Shown in pieces: positions 60,567 through 64,000 of a stretch of 64,000 nt of DNA. This stretch comes from Planctomycetota bacterium (GTDB lineage Bacteria; Planctomycetota; GCA-002687715; CAIWVZ01), in NCBI GenBank assembly GCA_044222185.1, contig JBGANV010000004.1, forward strand, positions 416,001 to 480,000, written 5' to 3'. Position 1 is the stretch's first letter; each line of letters opens with the position of its first letter. A program made the translations under genes and the position numbers. The notes below the pieces were generated by a model. That model was not told where the DNA came from. It saw only the letters and a list, made by a program, of their open reading frames with translations, and did no database searches.

Positions 60567-62714
60567 TCAGATCACGACCATGTTGAGGATGTAGGCGCGG
60601 GTCGTCGTCGCCGTGCCGAAGATCAGCTGCTGCTGGATGAAGAGCAGCCAGGACTGGCCGGGGATCGTGAGGCCGCCTTCATTGACGAGGATGGCCGAGT
60701 TGAAGCCGATGCCCGGGCTGCCGCCGTTCGGCCACGCGAACGGGAACGGCGTGACGCCGTCGTCGTCGTTCGTGGCGACGAGCGGGTTGCCGCCCGAGGC
60801 GTACAGGGCGATGAACGGGTTGTAGACGCCGTTCGCCGCGGCGCCCGTCTCGAAGAGCGAGTCGACGAGCGAGTACTGCGACGTTCCCGTCTGCACCTTC
60901 ACGCCGAGCACCTCGATGTAGATGTTCTGCCCGGCGCTGACCGGGATGCCGACGATCGTGCCCGGCGGGCTGCCGGTCGTGCCCGTCGCGCCGTAGGTCT
61001 GCGTGTTCGGCGTGCCGGCAGCGCCGCCCGTCGGAACCGCGGACACCGTGCCGCTCTTCACGAACAGAAGTTCGGGAAGGATGCCCACGGGCGCGAAGAA
61101 CGAGTTGTCCCAGGTCAGGCTCGTACGGCCCGAGGCGTTGTCCGTGACCGTCACGGAGTGGCCGCCGATCAAGAACCGCGGGTTCGTCGTCGCCAGGTTC
61201 GGGATGGTGAACGTGAGCGTCGTCGCGTTCGTCGGCGTCGCGGTCACGGTGACCGGCGAATACAGGCCGTGGATCGGCGTCAGCGTGATCGTGCAGGGGC
61301 CGGCCGGGAAGTTGTTGCCGGAAATGTCGATGGCCGTGCCGGCAGCCTTGGCGTTGACCTGGAGGCCCGCCGAGTTGAACTGCTTCACCGACGGGGCGTT
61401 CGTGATGACGTGGACGTTCAGCATGTAGTCGCCCGTGGCGAACGCCGCCGGGACGACCGAACCGACGAGGACCTGGTAGGAGTCGGTGACGCGGGCTTGG
61501 AACGTGAGCTTGGGATTGAAGCCCGGGCCGCTGTCGTCGTCGCCGTGGATGAGGAAGTTGTTGGTGCCCGTCGAGTCGTAGGTGAGCGGCAGGCCGTTCC
61601 CGATCTCGATGAAGTTCAGGAGAAGGTCTGCACCCTGCGTCGCGCCGGGGTTGAACGTGCGGCCGTACCCGTCGAGCAGCGTCGTGCGACCGACGTTCAT
61701 CGAGAACGCCTCGACGGTGACGACGTCGCCCGCGTTCAGCGTCATCGTGTAGGTGTGGACCGCGGTGGCCGAGATCAGCGCGTTCGTGACCGTCGCGTAC
61801 TTGTCGGTCGTCGAGTACGGGCTCGTCGTCAGCGTCAATGTGTTGGCGACGCCCGTGACCGCCGTGGGGCCGTTGGGATTGATCACGGCGAGGAACGTGC
61901 GCATCTCGTCGGGATCGGATTCGGACGGATATCCTGGCGCCGTGGAATCTTCGTAGGTCACCGGGCCGGAGCCCGCACCGAGCGGCACGGAGAAGTTCAG
62001 CGAGGGCGAGTTGACGGGGAGCGTGGCTCCACCGTTGCCGTTCGCCGGGTTGAACCGCGTGAAATTCGCGACGCCGCCCGAGCCGCCGGACGTGGAGAGG
62101 GAAACCGGCGTGAACTCACCGGCGAAGTTCGGCGTGATCGATGCGATGCCGGGGTGAACTTCGAGCTGGACTGCGTTGCTGAGGCGCAGCGAGTTGAAGG
62201 CCGCCGGATCGAGGATGGCTGTCTGAAGCGTCCAGCAGGTGTTGTTGATGCCGGGGACGTTCGCCAGGTTCATCGAGAGCTGGAAGACGAACTGGGGGCT
62301 CGGCGTCGCGATGAACGGGTTCGGGATCCCGAAGTTGAAGAGACCGATGCCATCGGCGATCGCGCCGAACGGCACGGAGAAGTCGAGCCACACGTCTCCC
62401 GATCCCGGAATCGACTGCGGGCCTGCGACGGGCGGGCCCGCCGTGTAGACGATCGAGAGCGGAAGTCCCGCGGAGCCCGAGACGTTCGTCAACTGCATCG
62501 TGATCGGACCCAGTGCCGACGACACCGCGATGTTGTCCTGCGCCGTCGGGGTGAACAGGCTGTTGGCCGTCGAGTTCGTCTGCGTGAAGACGTTGAACTC
62601 GTTGCCGGTGACGGTCGTGTTGTTCAGGAAGGCCGTCGGCGGCGTATTCGGGCATTGCGCCGCGACCACCCAGGCGAGGGCGAGCGCGAACGGAACGGAG
62701 AGGGATCGTGACAT
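60567..62714 (-). CDS. Secreted Thr/Gly/Asn-rich beta-sandwich surface protein (IPT/PPC-like domains)
   Basis: Signal peptide; DDDSG and NDDDG PPC-like motifs, IDISGNNF IPT-like motif. Confidence 0.8.
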   Translation of the reverse strand: MSRSLSVPFALALAWVVAAQCPNTPPTAFLNNTTVTGNEFNVFTQTNSTANSLFTPTAQDNIAVSSALGPITMQLTNVSGSAGLPLSIVYTAGPPVAGPQSIPGSGDVWLDFSVPFGAIADGIGLFNFGIPNPFIATPSPQFVFQLSMNLANVPGINNTCWTLQTAILDPAAFNSLRLSNAVQLEVHPGIASITPNFAGEFTPVSLSTSGGSGGVANFTRFNPANGNGGATLPVNSPSLNFSVPLGAGSGPVTYEDSTAPGYPSESDPDEMRTFLAVINPNGPTAVTGVANTLTLTTSPYSTTDKYATVTNALISATAVHTYTMTLNAGDVVTVEAFSMNVGRTTLLDGYGRTFNPGATQGADLLLNFIEIGNGLPLTYDSTGTNNFLIHGDDDSGPGFNPKLTFQARVTDSYQVLVGSVVPAAFATGDYMLNVHVITNAPSVKQFNSAGLQVNAKAAGTAIDISGNNFPAGPCTITLTPIHGLYSPVTVTATPTNATTLTFTIPNLATTNPRFLIGGHSVTVTDNASGRTSLTWDNSFFAPVGILPELLFVKSGTVSAVPTGGAAGTPNTQTYGATGTTGSPPGTIVGIPVSAGQNIYIEVLGVKVQTGTSQYSLVDSLFETGAAANGVYNPFIALYASGGNPLVATNDDDGVTPFPFAWPNGGSPGIGFNSAILVNEGGLTIPGQSWLLFIQQQLIFGTATTTRAYILNMVVI

Positions 62715-62898
62715 GGGGATCTCCGAAAGCGGGAGCGTTCCTCTGATGGAAGCAGCGGCTGTTCGCCGCTGGGTGAAGTTCAAGCGCGTCGAGTCTATGA
62801 AGCGCGAGGCCGGACCTGCAAGGTCCTGGCACGATCGGAGATCGGTCTCGTGTGGACCGCGTGGCGCTGGGGATCGGTGGCGGCCGACGCAGGAATGG

Positions 62899-64000
62899 TC
62901 AGCCGAGGTGGGCGCGCGCGCTGTCTCCCATCGGAAGTCCCTCGGGGAAATAGTCTTTCCACCGCCGGTCGACCGTCTCCGCCGTACGTGAGTCGCAGAT
63001 TAACTCGGCGGGGTGGTGAGGTTTCTTGCGCGCGTCGATGACGACAGGGGGTGTCCATGACGGGTGGTTGCGCACCAGTTCGAGGCTCGCGGCGTGGATG
63101 TCCGCGGCGGGTTCGAAGCGCGTGAATGTCGTCCAGAGGAACGATGCTTCGGATCGGACGGCCTCGGCGACATCGTCCACGAGTACGACCAGCGGCCACT
63201 TCGCAAACGACGACGTTCGTGCGACCCGCCGTCCGGCATCGGGTTCGGCGGCGAACGAAGGCCCCGAGACGACGAGACATCCGGGACACCAGGCACGGGC
63301 GTCTTCGACCTCGGGCGGGAGAGCGCCATCGAACACGGCCGGCAGCGCGCGGATTGCGGGGCCGACTCCCAGGAGCACGCCCTTGCTGCCTTCGTTCACC
63401 TTGGGGCCGCAGTAGTCGAGCGTGTCCATGGAGAGGTTGCCGAAGACGTAGAGGTCCGAGCGGAAATCGGCGCGCGCAAGCACGTGCTCGAGCACGCGAC
63501 GGAAGTCGCGCAACGGAACGGACTCGTCCAGGACGAGCAGGAATTTCGTGAGCGAGAGCTGGCCCTCGCCGAGTATGCGGAACGCGCTCGCCATCGCCTC
63601 GCGCTTGTAGCGCTGCGCGACCACGGCGGCAGAAAGCGAGTGGTAGCCCGTCTCGCCGTAGGACCACAGATCGCGCACGGCGGGCATCACGACCGGGAAT
63701 AGCGGCGACAACAGCTCCTGGAGGAAGTCTCCGATGAAGAAGTCCTCCTGGCGCGGCTTGCCGACGACGGTCGCGGGGAGGATCGCATCGCGTCGGTGAT
63801 AGATCGTCCGCGGACGGAACACCGGATAGTCGTGCGTGAGCGAGTAGTAGCCGTAGTGATCGCCGAACGGGCCCTCGGGGCGACGCTCGTGCGGGCGCAC
63901 CTCACCGACCAGGGCGAACTCGGCCTCCGCGGGCACGGGCAGGGTCGTTTCCGGGACGCGCACGAGTGGCAGTTTCTCGCCGAGGACGAGCGAGGCGAGC
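62899..64000 (-). CDS. UbiD family decarboxylase (5' partial)
   Basis: EGPFGDHYGYY, TVVGKPRQED, DTLDY, IDAR. Confidence 0.92.
   Translation of the reverse strand, partial: LASLVLGEKLPLVRVPETTLPVPAEAEFALVGEVRPHERRPEGPFGDHYGYYSLTHDYPVFRPRTIYHRRDAILPATVVGKPRQEDFFIGDFLQELLSPLFPVVMPAVRDLWSYGETGYHSLSAAVVAQRYKREAMASAFRILGEGQLSLTKFLLVLDESVPLRDFRRVLEHVLARADFRSDLYVFGNLSMDTLDYCGPKVNEGSKGVLLGVGPAIRALPAVFDGALPPEVEDARAWCPGCLVVSGPSFAAEPDAGRRVARTSSFAKWPLVVLVDDVAEAVRSEASFLWTTFTRFEPAADIHAASLELVRNHPSWTPPVVIDARKKPHHPAELICDSRTAETVDRRWKDYFPEGLPMGDSARAHLG

Overview
A GC-rich bacterial genomic window, most likely from a Planctomycetota lineage (inferred from several ECF sigma factors, an ECF/Ser-Thr kinase pair, carboxypeptidase-regulatory-like membrane proteins and many secreted proteins). 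It holds about 48 plausible genes. Housekeeping content includes RNase Z, an ABC-2 exporter, thiolases, a crotonase, a cyclophilin, a class II photolyase, an RsmC-like methyltransferase and a UbiD decarboxylase. The standout is a tightly packed five-gene operon at 40.8-51.7 kb: phosphoesterase/propeller, a Dyp-type peroxidase fused to a glycyl-radical enzyme, a PLD3/K4L-like phospholipase D/nuclease, an HEXXH metallopeptidase and an MBL-fold hydrolase. No radical-SAM activase is present in the window. Other notable items are a DUF222-like/HNH/RuvB fusion bounded by 14-bp palindromes, a selenocysteine-containing selD missed by the ORF track, a LeuD-LeuC fusion, a trypsin-like protein lacking the catalytic Ser, shared terminal domains on secreted proteins, and a small family of post-stop palindromes. 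No rRNA, tRNA or CRISPR array was recognised. All calls come from motif reading by eye; no database searches were run.
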